NCBI GenBank assembly: GCA_905178155.1
Contig: CAJINV010000001.1
Coordinates: forward strand, 6,047,860-6,111,859
DNA: 64,000 nt
Direction of reading: 5' to 3'
Source of the DNA: Amoebophrya sp. A120
Lineage: Eukaryota; Protista; Dinoflagellata
Under the pieces are notes generated by a model that was given only the letters and a program-made list of their open reading frames with translations, did not search any database and was not told where the DNA came from. This document shows, piece by piece, positions 27,601 through 37,697 of the stretch (position 1 is its first letter; every line of letters begins with the position of its first letter). The translations under genes were made by a program, and so were the position numbers.

Positions 27601-30600
27601 CGCAGGCGAGAAGTAGCCACGCCATGGAAAGTACAGAATCGATAAACGCGGTTTTTCTTGGACGGCCCGCCATGCTGGTTGGAGTGGCGCTGCAGCATCA
27701 TGCCTAGAAGAGCCCAATAACAGGTTTAGAAGAACCACGAATCTTGTTTGATGAAATTGATCCCCAGGCCGGCGGTTTAGAATCGCATGTACGAGGCGTT
27801 CAGCTCATCGACAAGGATTCGGCACAATATGTTGAGACTACAATAACGAGGGGTACTAAAAGTTAAAGGCGCACTCATGTTTCCCATTCCTGGTAAACCA
27901 CTTTTCCCATCCACATTCCTATCCGGCGATTACGGAGGTAACCAGAACTGTCTGGTAACTGGGTGTAACTCTGGCTACAAGCACAGGACCGAGTGGCCGT
28001 CGGCCGGTAGCCGAGGTTGCTACCCCGCCTGCGATGTTGACGGCTTCCATGTTGCCTGTCCTTTACCAGAAACTGCGTCCGACCCATATTGGATACCAAA
28101 AGAATCGGTCAGTGGTGACCGGGGTCTCTGTGCGATTTCGACGGATGAAGAAGCTCTGGCAGAGAACGGGATGCAACCAGAACACGATACCTACAAGCAG
28201 TGTCAGCAAAGCTGCTGCACGCAGGGCTGCGCCAGGCCGTCGAGCGCTACGGAGCGGTATAGTTGATTTCTGATCGTTCTGTTGTAGTACAGTACTTACT
28301 GCGTTGCCCTTACCGGCGCGTCTGGTGCGAACACGACGCCGAGCGGGTGACAAGTTGAATTTATCGCTTTTTTCAGTCGTTTAGTTGCGTTACTTCGTTC
28401 CGCCTCCAGGAGATGCGCAGGCACAGCATAATGGAAGGATTGGCAGACGTCACGTAAAAATTTCAGACAAGCTATATGAAAGATAAAACCACGGTTACAA
28501 CAGGATGATCGAGATTGCAGCACCTGCAAGCGGCGGCGATCCTTGGGAGGATTTTCTTACGTCATCCCAAATGCAGCCTGGCATGACTGCTGATTCTGCA
28601 ATATGCTGTCGATAAACACGGTTTATTTCATTGATGACCTGCACCAGTACCTGTACCAGTAACATCAGCATCGGCATCACACACTTGTTGCAAATCTAAG
28701 ACCTCCGCTACTGGAATAGTACATATGCGTACCACGACGTAGCTGGTTCTAGTTCTACTTTTCAGTGTTGGAGGAGGTTCGTTATGTAGGATGTGTCTCT
28801 CAACGAGGGTGGACGAAGGCGCTCCCTCGTCTCTTGTGTGCTGGGGACCAACCCTTGAGGCGTCCTGCTTTTTTCAAGAGAAGCATGTGCTGCCAAATAA
28901 AAGTAAAACAGAATTCAAAGTCTGAGTCTATGCAGACACCGAAATTGATCCAGCTAGGCACCACTGTCGTGCTGCGACGCACGTAGAAATAAACCGGGTT
29001 TTGTCTAGCCGATACGCAAGGGACCTGCAAGTGCAAGGCGGGAACGTAACCTGTGCTGCCGGCTTCGTTGGAACGCCTAAATATTTCTGCCAGAACGCCG
29101 GGAGCCCGGTGAGCATGACGGGATGCAGTCAGATATCACATTACAATAACATGCCTTCCTCACGCGAATTTGTATATTTGTCTTGCTGTAACTGTATGGT
29201 ATTCGTATTTCGTTGTGAGAGTGATAGAAAATAATAATAAAGAGCGCTCTCCTCGACGTCATGCTTCAGACGATGATGATCTTACTAGCTGTAGCTCCGT
29301 GGTAATGCAAGAAGCAAGCGCGTAAGGTCGGCTTTACTTTTCCTTTTGAAACGGGAAGGTTATGGAGGTGACGACGACGACAACGACCAGTACTACGACA
29401 ACCGTGACGAACGCCACGGAGGCGGTCGTGGGGGGCGGGCTGAATGCCCCGGCGGTCGCGGGCGGGTGTGGTGCTCTCGCCCTGCTGCTCTTGCTGGCCC
29501 TGGTGCTCTGCGTCTGCGGTTGCGGCAGCACGGTCGGGGCCGAGGAGGAAGAGGTCAAGGACCGGGACTGGGTCACGGCCCAGTGGGGCTACAGCTCCGA
29601 CATCGACGAGGAGCCCCTGGTATGAAATGCAAAAATGTCTGGGTCTGGAAGATTGCCAGGCTTGTCATGCGTATTTTGAATGATCCAGGATGTCTGTGAT
29701 GCGTGCCATAGCATCACATATTTTTAGAGGACTTTATGTTGCCTCTACCGCATGAGAAATGCCCTCTTCGCGTAGCACAAACTGGAGTCCTCCTGCTGGT
29801 CATGCAATACAAATTTTTTTAGAATCCAGCGACAGCATTACAAGTTTAGAATCTTCCAGACCCAGACATTTTTGCAATCCATACCTGGACGAGGCCGAGG
29901 AGGACATCAAGAAGGCGTTGGTCGCTGCAGGTCTCAGTGCGGGCTACGCGGACAAACTGACAAAGAAGCTGCTGGGATCCGACCCCAAATCCAAGCGCCT
30001 CAAGGCCCCGTCCGACGACAAAGATTCGCGGGCCATGCGCGACCTCGGTTTCGACTTCGACCTTATCACTTTGACGAAAACTAGAACTACATCCGACGGC
30101 TGCGTTTGCATTTCCATTTCGATTTCCAGTCGAAATGTCTTATTTGCAGCAGAGGAACAAATGCAGTTTCTTCGTCTTCCTTCTGGTTGGGTCTGGACGA
30201 TGTCGATGATATTTCATGAGTTCCACCTCGTCATCGGGATGATTCCATCTTGGGTAGGCATTTTGAATTTGCTGCAACTAAAACTTCTGATCGCCTTTTC
30301 ATTTCTCTGAAGCACATACTGATTATGTTGCATTGTTCATGAACAAGTGTCATCGTCAGAAAACTGATTGATACTTATTGACCGTTGCTTTTGGGCAAGC
30401 GGAAGATCATGCAAATGCAGCAAAAGTTAAAGCGCCGGATCTTTTGTTTTCAACGTGATAAAATTTGGCGACGTCGAGGTGGGGGTGGTGCGGGGAATCT
30501 TCCGCAAGGCCCTGGCCAAGCGGCGGAAGAAGGACATCCAAGCAGCGTTGACGGACGCGGGGGCAAGTTCCGAGTACGCCGCTGAGGTCGCCAAGCAGGT

Positions 30601-33600
30601 CACTGGTTGGAAAAAGAAGAAGAAAGTGAAGAAGCCGAGCCGGCCGGAGGACCTGCGCGCGATGGAGCAGCTCGGGGTGGATTTTGGGGGCCCTGTGGAG
30701 TTTGCCGCCCTGCGTCAGCTCCTGCAGAGCGCCGTGACTAAAGGTGGACGCAAGACGCCGCTCGGGCGGGAGGCCCTGCTCGACTACCGGGACGAGTGCG
30801 CTTCCGCGGAAGCCGCCCTGCTGGCCGCGGGCCTCTCGCCGGCCGGCGCACGGCGGGTAGCGCAGTACATCGCCGGACCCTTCGTGGACACCGAGCCCGT
30901 GCCCGCTGACCTAAGTGACGTGGACAAAGAGGCGCTCAGCGCTTTCGTTGGCTATCCACCGCACCACCTTCTGTGCTGTCGCTTGTGCAGCAATTATACG
31001 TTGTGGTCAAAGCAGGCGAATGAATATGAAACCCATCACGCTACTTGGATCTTTCTACCAGAATGTTCATGTTTCTTTTTCAAAAGTGAGCGTGAACCAT
31101 GCCAATATCGCTATAGCCATGCAAAATATAATAATCCATGCATTTTTAGAAAAATGCCGCTGAGCTGACCGCAGGGAAGGTTTTGCATTGCATAACTTTG
31201 GCGAGGTGTTGATGATTGGTGCCGTGCGCGAAGTGCTGCGGCAGGCGGAGAGGAAGAAGCGGGGTGGGGCCGGCAAGGACCTGCACGGCGGATTAGATCT
31301 GTTTGACTTCAGCGCCGTCGAGACCGCACTGCTGGACGCGGGGCTGTATCCTGAGTAAAAACGTACCCACACCAGAGTTGTCATGCGACTTTGCCATGAC
31401 AGGAACATTTGTGATGCGCAACCCCATGACAGGCATTTTCAATCGTGTTTGGGAACTTGTAATGCTGTAAACAGGATCAGCAGATCGATTTGTGATGCGG
31501 CTTTCCTTGCTAACTTGCACTACCTTACGGACTGAAACTTGTCATGCGTGACTCACAAAGCTCCTAGGTTTGTGTTGCAAAATCCCCATCCTGACTCTGG
31601 TGTGGGTACGTTTTTACTCAGGATAGCCTGTCGCGCGGGTTCAGTAAGAAGATGGCCGCCCAGATTACGGACCGCGGCGCGCGAGACGACGACCCGCTGG
31701 TGAGCACCGACGACGCGGCGGACCTGGAGGTGCTGCGGAAGTTGGGGCTCGACCTTGCCAAGGGCGAGACGGTGGGGCACATGCGCGGGTTCCTGGACGC
31801 CTTCGCCCACCACCACGACGACGACGGGGGCCTCGGGGGCGATTTGTCGGCGCTGACCCTGGACGAACTGCAGTTCCGCCTGGAAACCGCGGGGTTTTCG
31901 CAAAAGATGTCCTTGTTCGTGGCCAAAAAGATGCACAAGAAGGCCAAGTATCAAGTGTAAAAATGTCTGGGTCTGGAAACTTGTGATGCTGGGTGGCGTC
32001 TCATGGTGAGGCTACGCATGCTGGCTCAGCATGACAAGTTTCTCAGTTCCTAGGTCTTTCCTATTCTGCATGACAAACTGCGCTTCTGCATCACAGAAAA
32101 ACGGAACTCTTGGGTAACGTGCATGACAGATTTAAGAGTCATGCCAGACAAGCATGTTGCCAGACAGAGGATCCGTAGCCATTTTGGCTCAAGATCCTTA
32201 ATATACCAACCCCTGCCCCGGTGGTGGGGGGGATCCTCTGAGCACAGTTAATTTTTCCGACAGCGGCCCTTTGTGTGGGAGTGAGTAGTCGTAGACCATT
32301 AGCCTTTACAGATTGCATTAGTTTAGAGGCCCGACGTAGTCATTAGGTTTCCTCGACCTTTTTCGTTTTTGCTTATCTTATTTCCTCCTCTATTCATTCG
32401 CATTCTTTTCTCCTGATCTGCAGTAGAGCTGCGACCCTCGCGTCTGTGTGCTCCTGCTCATTTTGAAAAAATGCCCTGACAAGCACAGCATGGACCTCGG
32501 GGCAACGCGCAACACGATCGGAGGCGGGCGATTCGCTGCCGTCGTCGATTAAAAGGCCTGTCACCACACGCGGCCCTGCACAATTCCCAGCACGGGCGGA
32601 GTCGGACGCTTTCGGGGAGACACCTCTGGCGCAGGGTCCGCGCAACAGCAGATTTCGCATAGCGCATCACGGGATGCGGGCGGGCGCCGGAGCTAGGGCC
32701 GTAGTGTAGTATACAGGTATTTTTAGGGGGTTTAAGTATGGGTGTCCTCCTCTTCTTGTGTGCTTGCATGTGAAACTTCTTCGTAGTATCTCCTTCTCTC
32801 TTTCATTCAATCGGGCGGTCTGCTACTCTGTTGTTGTGTGCACGGGGGCGGAGCAGGTCCGTCCCCGCCGTTGCCTCAATTGAACCACAGGCGTCCGCTC
32901 TTTCTGTGGATCCTGGAAGATATGGTTGTCGCACAAGATTCGGCTGCGTCGTCTCCGCATCTCTCCCTCCCCCAGAATCCAGGGCAGACCTGATAGTCTG
33001 TGCGCGTAAAGTCCCTGCTGTGACTCTAGCGGCACCCCTGATAGAGTGTGTGTGGATTCTGGGCATTTGCGCACAGGACGGAGGCCCAGCAACGCAGGTC
33101 AGGACGGGACCACAGGACCTTCGGGCGGCTTCGCGGGTACTCCCAATAGGCTTACGGTAGTGGAGTCGGGGGGCTGTTGGACGATAGTCGAGCTGATGAC
33201 TGTCCGGCGATGCCTCGGGGCCGAGCCGTGTGTACGAGCGGAAGCGAGTGCCGACCAACAGGAACGTGTGGCGTTGGATTCCGCAAGCGAGATGATGAGC
33301 GTTTCTCGCCGCCTTCGGTGTTGGCGACGGGTCTGGATGCTGGGTTCCCTAAGTTCCCCCTTCTCGTGGCCGTTCTGGTGCGCCTTCTCATGTGAGGTCG
33401 TTGACAAGGCTTGGTGGGAAATTCCCGTTGCGCGAGGCTCTTGCCTTGCCCTCTGTCTTCGTCCCCAGCGGTGTTGTGGCAGTAGAAGCGTCTGATGTGG
33501 CCGTCGGAGCTTGCTCTGGGTCTTGCGGCTCCTCTCGTCTTCGGTGGAGTACCTGAGTGGCTTCTTCTGCTGCCTCCGTTGACTTCTGGTTGCTGCTTGA

Positions 33601-36245
33601 CTGGCGGTTGGGAACACTTCAGGCGTCTTTGTGCTGTGCTTCGGCCGCGTGGTCCCCGGTGTTCCCCGGGTCCGGAACTCTGGGTTACCTTGGTCGAGTT
33701 GGTGTCACTGTCGGTTCACCTATGTCCCTGCCTTTCTGTTCTTGCCACTGGGAACAGTCTGTGCGTTTCTTTCGTCAGCGGCTTCCTGGCGCTGGAGCTC
33801 GTTGACGATTGTTTCGGGAGGTTCCTAACGGCCCCTGAGGACATTGCCCCGTTGCCGACCAGGTCGAACTTAGAGGTCGGCTTCGGGAAGATTTTCCGGA
33901 GTTGAGTCTGCTTCGGCAGGTCTCTTGTGAAGGCGAGGGCAGTGGTTGGCTGAGGTTGTTGGAGCGTTCCATAGTGTCGCTCCAGATCATTTTTGATCCT
34001 TCTCCAACTTCCTCATTTCCTGTGTGGTCTAATGCAGATTGCAGATCACAATACAGGGCCACCCTCGTCTCTCACCTCCAGGGGGGGCGCGCGGACCTCG
34101 CTTGCCATCTTGTTTGGTCTCGCGAAAGTTCCAGTCCCCCCGAGTGGGAATCGGGAATAGTAAAGTGCCAGACAAGCATGACAAACATGAATTCTTCCAG
34201 ACCCAGACATTTTTACAGTTGATACCAAGGCGGGCCAGTCGGTCGACCTCACCGAGGACGAGATCCGCGAGATCGAGCTGCAGTGCGAAGAAACCTTCGA
34301 CTATCACAGTGAAAAGTGCCCCCCACCCCCAAAGTTGCAAAAATTTCTGATGCGAAGTTTCCAAATGAAAACTTTTTGTCATGCATGAAAGGAATATGAA
34401 TCTTGCTGATGCAGATTCTAGGGCGGGTGTGTCGCATCGCTTGCACGACAAGCACTGCTCTCGTTGGGATCTTTTCCAATACAAATTTTTGCTATTCACG
34501 ATCGGAAATCTGTGATGCTGATGCATGCAAGAGGGCGAGTGTTTCATTTGGAAAGGTTTGCAATACAAATGCTTTCAAGTTCGGGGGTGGGGGCATTTTT
34601 CATTGCAATATCGACGTGGAGAGGTTTCGGGGCATCACCGAGAAAGCGAGCACAGTCGTGGGGTTCCAAAAGGGCGGGGTCGCCCGCAAGGGCAAAAAGA
34701 TCAACCTGCAGCGGGCGCTGTCCTCGCCGAAACTGGTGGAAAGCGCGTGGAAAAAAATCAAGCGGAAGAAGGCGAAGCACGCGAGGAAAAGCGACAAGGC
34801 TGGTGTAGCTTCCGATGTGTCGACGGCCAGCGAGGAAGCGGCCGCGATTGGCGCGCGCGCCAGCAATGTGAAGAAGCCGAAGAAGGAAAAGACCAAGTGG
34901 CAGAACGAGCTGGAGGAGGAGGCGGCCGCCGCGCTGGAGGAGGTCGGGTTCTCGAAGAAGCAAGCTTTTTACCTCGCGGAGAAGATTGCGGCCACCGACG
35001 CGGACACCGTGACCCCCGAATTCATGAAGCTCACGGACGAGGAGCGCCGGATCGCCTGCAAGGGGCTTGGCGGCATCGCGGTCGTTGACCTCGAGGGCCT
35101 CGTGGACGAGCTCGTGGAGCAAAAAGCCGACTTTTTCACGAAAACGCTGTCGCTATGGAAGGCAAGAACTCTCCTTCTAGCACGGACCGGATTCCAAATT
35201 GAAATCATGTGTCAAGTTGCAAGTTCGGATGAAGGCATGGCGCTGCACCTGCATGTTTGTCACAAATTCGCGTTCCACTTGCATACTTACTACACGCAAG
35301 TTAAGTACTTACTTGATTTTCATGAGCACTAAGGGTAAGAAGGATCGTTGGATTTGAAATGTCAATTCGCATGTCTCGGGTAATGATGGATAGATTAATA
35401 TACTGATTGGCGCGTTTTTTCAAAGTGCGCTTTGTACACAGCAGCAAAGGCATTGGCAGGCAAGAGAAACTTGGATGTCGGGACGTGTTTGTATTCCATA
35501 GGTTCCAGAGTCCTACGGGGAGATTAACAAATCGCAGGAGATGGGCCAACCTGGTTCCGTCTTTCACAGTCGTGTGCACAAATCGAGTAAAAAGAAGGTG
35601 CACCACAACAATATCACACGAAAACTGCAACAAGGAGTCCGTCACTCCTGAAGAAGTGATTGAATCGCCAAAAATGCAGAATTCACTCGCTTATTTTCTA
35701 CTTCTACAACTTCGTTTCCGTGCGGCATTGTAAAGAAACCGTTTCAAAACCAAAGAAATATTGGGATTGCTATGCTCTACAACTTTTGCATGCGTGATAT
35801 TAATGCAGAACGATTATCATGAAAGGTCGTCGAAAACGAAACGAAAATGCTGTGATTGACTTCCTCGTAGTAGGTTTTCATGTGGACCACACAGAAGCCC
35901 CATCCCAAGAGCGGAGCCCCAGGAGCGGACAGGAAGAGCAAACGGAGCGTCGTGCACATAAAATCCAACACGACTGCCGCATCCGCTTTGAGTTCGGGGG
36001 CTTTTTTTGACCATAAGGATGCAGGCAAGCCCTCCACTTTGACGAGTGGGGGAGAAGTCAGTGAGCCCTCTTCTCATGGGCGCAAGGCGAAGAGTAGCCG
36101 CATGAAATCCAAGCAATCCGAGGCCGGCTCTTCCGAAGGTGATTCCGGCTCCTCCAGCCACCCCGGCAGCGAAAAGGGGCATCACAAGGCCAAGAAGAAG
36201 CACCCGAAGAGCGGACATGGGCATCCGAAATCAAAACCACATTAG
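18688..36245 (+). CDS. Paralogue 4: alpha2delta-like vWA ectodomain, about 3 tandem Cys-rich repeats, Thr-rich stalk, TM, 6 cytoplasmic repeats; heavily fragmented by introns
   Basis: Signal peptide MKTGKKIILPALLAFGPLVQFLLL; ADLGFASVVLEP; KNVLLVLDRSYSM; TM GALALLLLLALVLCVCGCG (29470-29525). Downstream exons join via introner removal into paralogue-matching sequence (EEPLDEAEEDIKKAL, DAGLSRGFSKK, KKAKAGQSVDL, TFDVERF, TLSPESYGE). Exon boundaries in 23.5-29.3 kb and the last exon are approximate. Confidence 0.7.
19978..20636. mobile_element. Introner-type intron containing internal hairpins
   Basis: tatcgaatgcaaatagtat...atattatttgctgaggata. Element+5 nt removal gives LEPPRLTRTKVTTKSEQAVVRWP in frame. 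Confidence 0.75.
21288..21824. mobile_element. Introner-type intron
   Basis: tatgcgatgaaaaa...ttttcatcgcgata. Element+5 nt removal gives VMT(D/N)EDFS, matching paralogue IMTDEDYS. Confidence 0.75.
22052..22507. mobile_element. Introner-type intron
   Basis: tattcagtgccaatgtgtc...gacacacttgcactggata inverted ends. Element+5 nt removal is in frame with ORF 22518. Confidence 0.75.
24070..29130 (+). repeat. About 3 tandem Cys-rich coding repeats (approx. 1.7 kb genomic period including introns)
   Basis: Module A: GKQNCLAAGCFDGYKHRIDWP (24478), GKQNCKENGCYAGYKYKDNWP (26186), GNQNCLVTGCNSGYKHRTEWP (27937). Module B: C...P.FYCP..G..V.LVGC...C.CNNG (25622, 27301, and partial at 29040). Confidence 0.85.
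29621..29883. mobile_element. Introner family A (TIR core aaaaatgtctgggtctggaa), TSD cctgg
   Basis: tatgaaatgcaaaaatgtctgggtctggaag...cttccagacccagacatttttgcaatccata flanked by cctgg on both sides. Removal gives EEPLDEAEEDI. Confidence 0.92.
30063..30461. mobile_element. Non-canonical intron with ttatcac...gtgataa ends
   Basis: Short inverted ends. Removal gives DLGFDFDQFGDVEVGVVRG. No clear TSD; exact boundaries uncertain. Confidence 0.55.
30953..31194. mobile_element. Degenerate introner-type intron
   Basis: tatccaccgcaccaccttc...gaaggttttgcattgcata. Element+5 nt removal is in frame to GEVLMIGAVRE. Confidence 0.65.
31347..31625. mobile_element. Introner family B (perfect >=31-bp TIR), TSD ggctg/gcctg
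   Basis: tatcctgagtaaaaacgtacccacaccagag...ctctggtgtgggtacgtttttactcaggata. Homologous along its length to 56534-56805. Removal gives DAGLSRGFSKK. Confidence 0.95.
32157..34165. mobile_element. Nested retro-type insertion (approx. 2.0 kb) with 15-bp TSD, starting with a spliced leader
   Basis: tgccagacaagcatg occurs at 32142-32156 and 34166-34180, but only once in the uninterrupted family-A copy. No recognisable RT or transposase ORF and no poly(A). Confidence 0.8.
32172..32193 (+). other. Intact dinoflagellate spliced-leader (DinoSL) sequence
   Basis: tccgtagccattttggctcaag matches the established DinoSL DCCGTAGCCATTTTGGCTCAAG at 22/22. It is not followed by GT, so it is not an SL RNA gene. 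Confidence 0.95.
34302..34610. mobile_element. Introner, TSD tcgac
   Basis: tatcacagtgaaaagtgccccccacccc...ggggtgggggcatttttcattgcaata with perfect tcgac flanks. Removal gives EETFDVERFRG. Confidence 0.9.
35154..35500. mobile_element. Introner-type intron (degenerate TSD)
   Basis: tatggaaggcaag...gtttgtattccata. Element+5 nt removal gives TLSPESYGEINKSQEMGQPGSVFHSR, matching paralogue TLSPESQESAGKARESGQPVSFFHSR. Confidence 0.8.
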
Positions 36246-37697
36246 TAGATCTTAAACGACGATCCTGACTAGAAGTAGAACACGACGCATGCATCGCGCA
36301 GAGCGATGCAGAAATAATACAAGAAGCAGAAGATGACGCAGGAGAACGCAAACACATATCAGACCGGCGCTGCAATGAAAAAAACACGTTTTCCCATAAA
36401 TTTTTCTTGACCCTAGTACGTAAATTTGTTAGTTTGACATCGAAAACGAAATCAGATACAGATCCCCATTCTTCAGAGCTCCCCTACCCCATTCCATGTG
36501 TCGCATACGCATGTTTGCGCACAGTATGAAGCAGAGTTGCATTTTTTTTTATTTTTCTGGAGTATTAACTACATCGGTTGCGGTACCGGGAAGCTGTTTC
36601 GACCTGCCGTGCTACAGTTGCGGCCCTCGCCGTAGTCTGCGCAGAGTTGAACTCGGCTTCGATACCTTCCAAAATTCATTTTTTTTTTATCTGCATCTTC
36701 CTCACTCTGACTCTCTGTCTCTTGTAAACACTGCAAGCACCACCACCACTAGCGTTTTGTCAAACGATAAATTCAAAATGTTACCGAAAGTTACAACGAA
36801 ACTTACCTTTCACGCACCACTCCCGCAAGCCAAGTTTCATCCTTGAGTTTGTGAGTCTGAGCACTATGTTTCGTTAACGCCCCGACGTATGCAAATGAAG
36901 GCACGTTGAAGTCCCCTGTTCTTTTTCAAGTAGCCCACGGAAAAACAGAGCCAATTCATTGAACTGACCTTCCCCAGTACAGCGACCCCCGTTGAATTTT
37001 CAGCTAATCTGTTGCAATCGGCCTTCGCGTGCTCGCTTTCGCAAGGGAAGCTGAAGTTTTTCTTCGATTCCCCGCCTGTCAGCGAAAGTGGCGTTTTGAA
37101 AGTAGTTCGCCACGAAGATCATGTGTGATGTTTTGCCTTTTGGCTTAGCAACGCAGTTGAATTTATTTGCGTGAATGAAAATAAGAGAGCTAAGCAGAGT
37201 GAGAAGACAAAACGGCGCAACTTTTTTTTTCGGTTTCATGAAACAAAAACAAAAAGGCTAAAATCCGCAAGAATTAAGTAAGTGAGTAGAAGTACGCAAT
37301 GAGTGCAGAATGAAAAAAAAGCGTTTATGATTGTGAGGTCGCAGAGCGAGAGGCGAGTCGATGAAGTAGCCGAGCGTGGAGCACTTTCCAAGATGGGCTT
37401 TGCCAATGCCATCTTCAATCTTCTTCCTCCAAATAAATGAACTGACTTCCAGTGAGAAACACGACCCCTCTAACACAACAAAACGACGATTGGATTCCAA
37501 AGCGTTCATTTTCATCCCAATAGATAACAGGATTTTACTCCCGCTGCATACTAGTAGTCAAGAGCACGTCGCCTATTTGAGTGCTTTTGCAACAGTATAG
37601 AAAATTTGAAGCAACTACTTCTGGTAAATTTCTGAGCAGCTCGTATAAGAAGTTACAGTCCTACCCATTCCTACCCATAAGAATCAAGAGGAAAACA

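Larger units (their letters stand above)
31949..34224. mobile_element. Introner family A (reverse orientation relative to 42283-42537), TSD ccaag, interrupted by a 2-kb nested insertion
   Basis: tatcaagtgtaaaaatgtctgggtctggaa...ttccagacccagacatttttacagttgata. The two halves together match the reverse complement of 42283-42537. Removal gives KKAKAGQSVDLTEDEIREIELQ. Confidence 0.92.

Noticed and set aside
32172-32260. SL RNA gene
   Set aside because: The SL exon is followed by ATCC rather than a GT donor, and it is a single copy inside an insertion.
32300-33260. Hammerhead ribozyme or autonomous retrotransposon ORF in the nested insert
   Set aside because: The ctgatga near 33195 has no matching GAAA core or stems, no RT motifs were seen, and the ORFs are short and broken.
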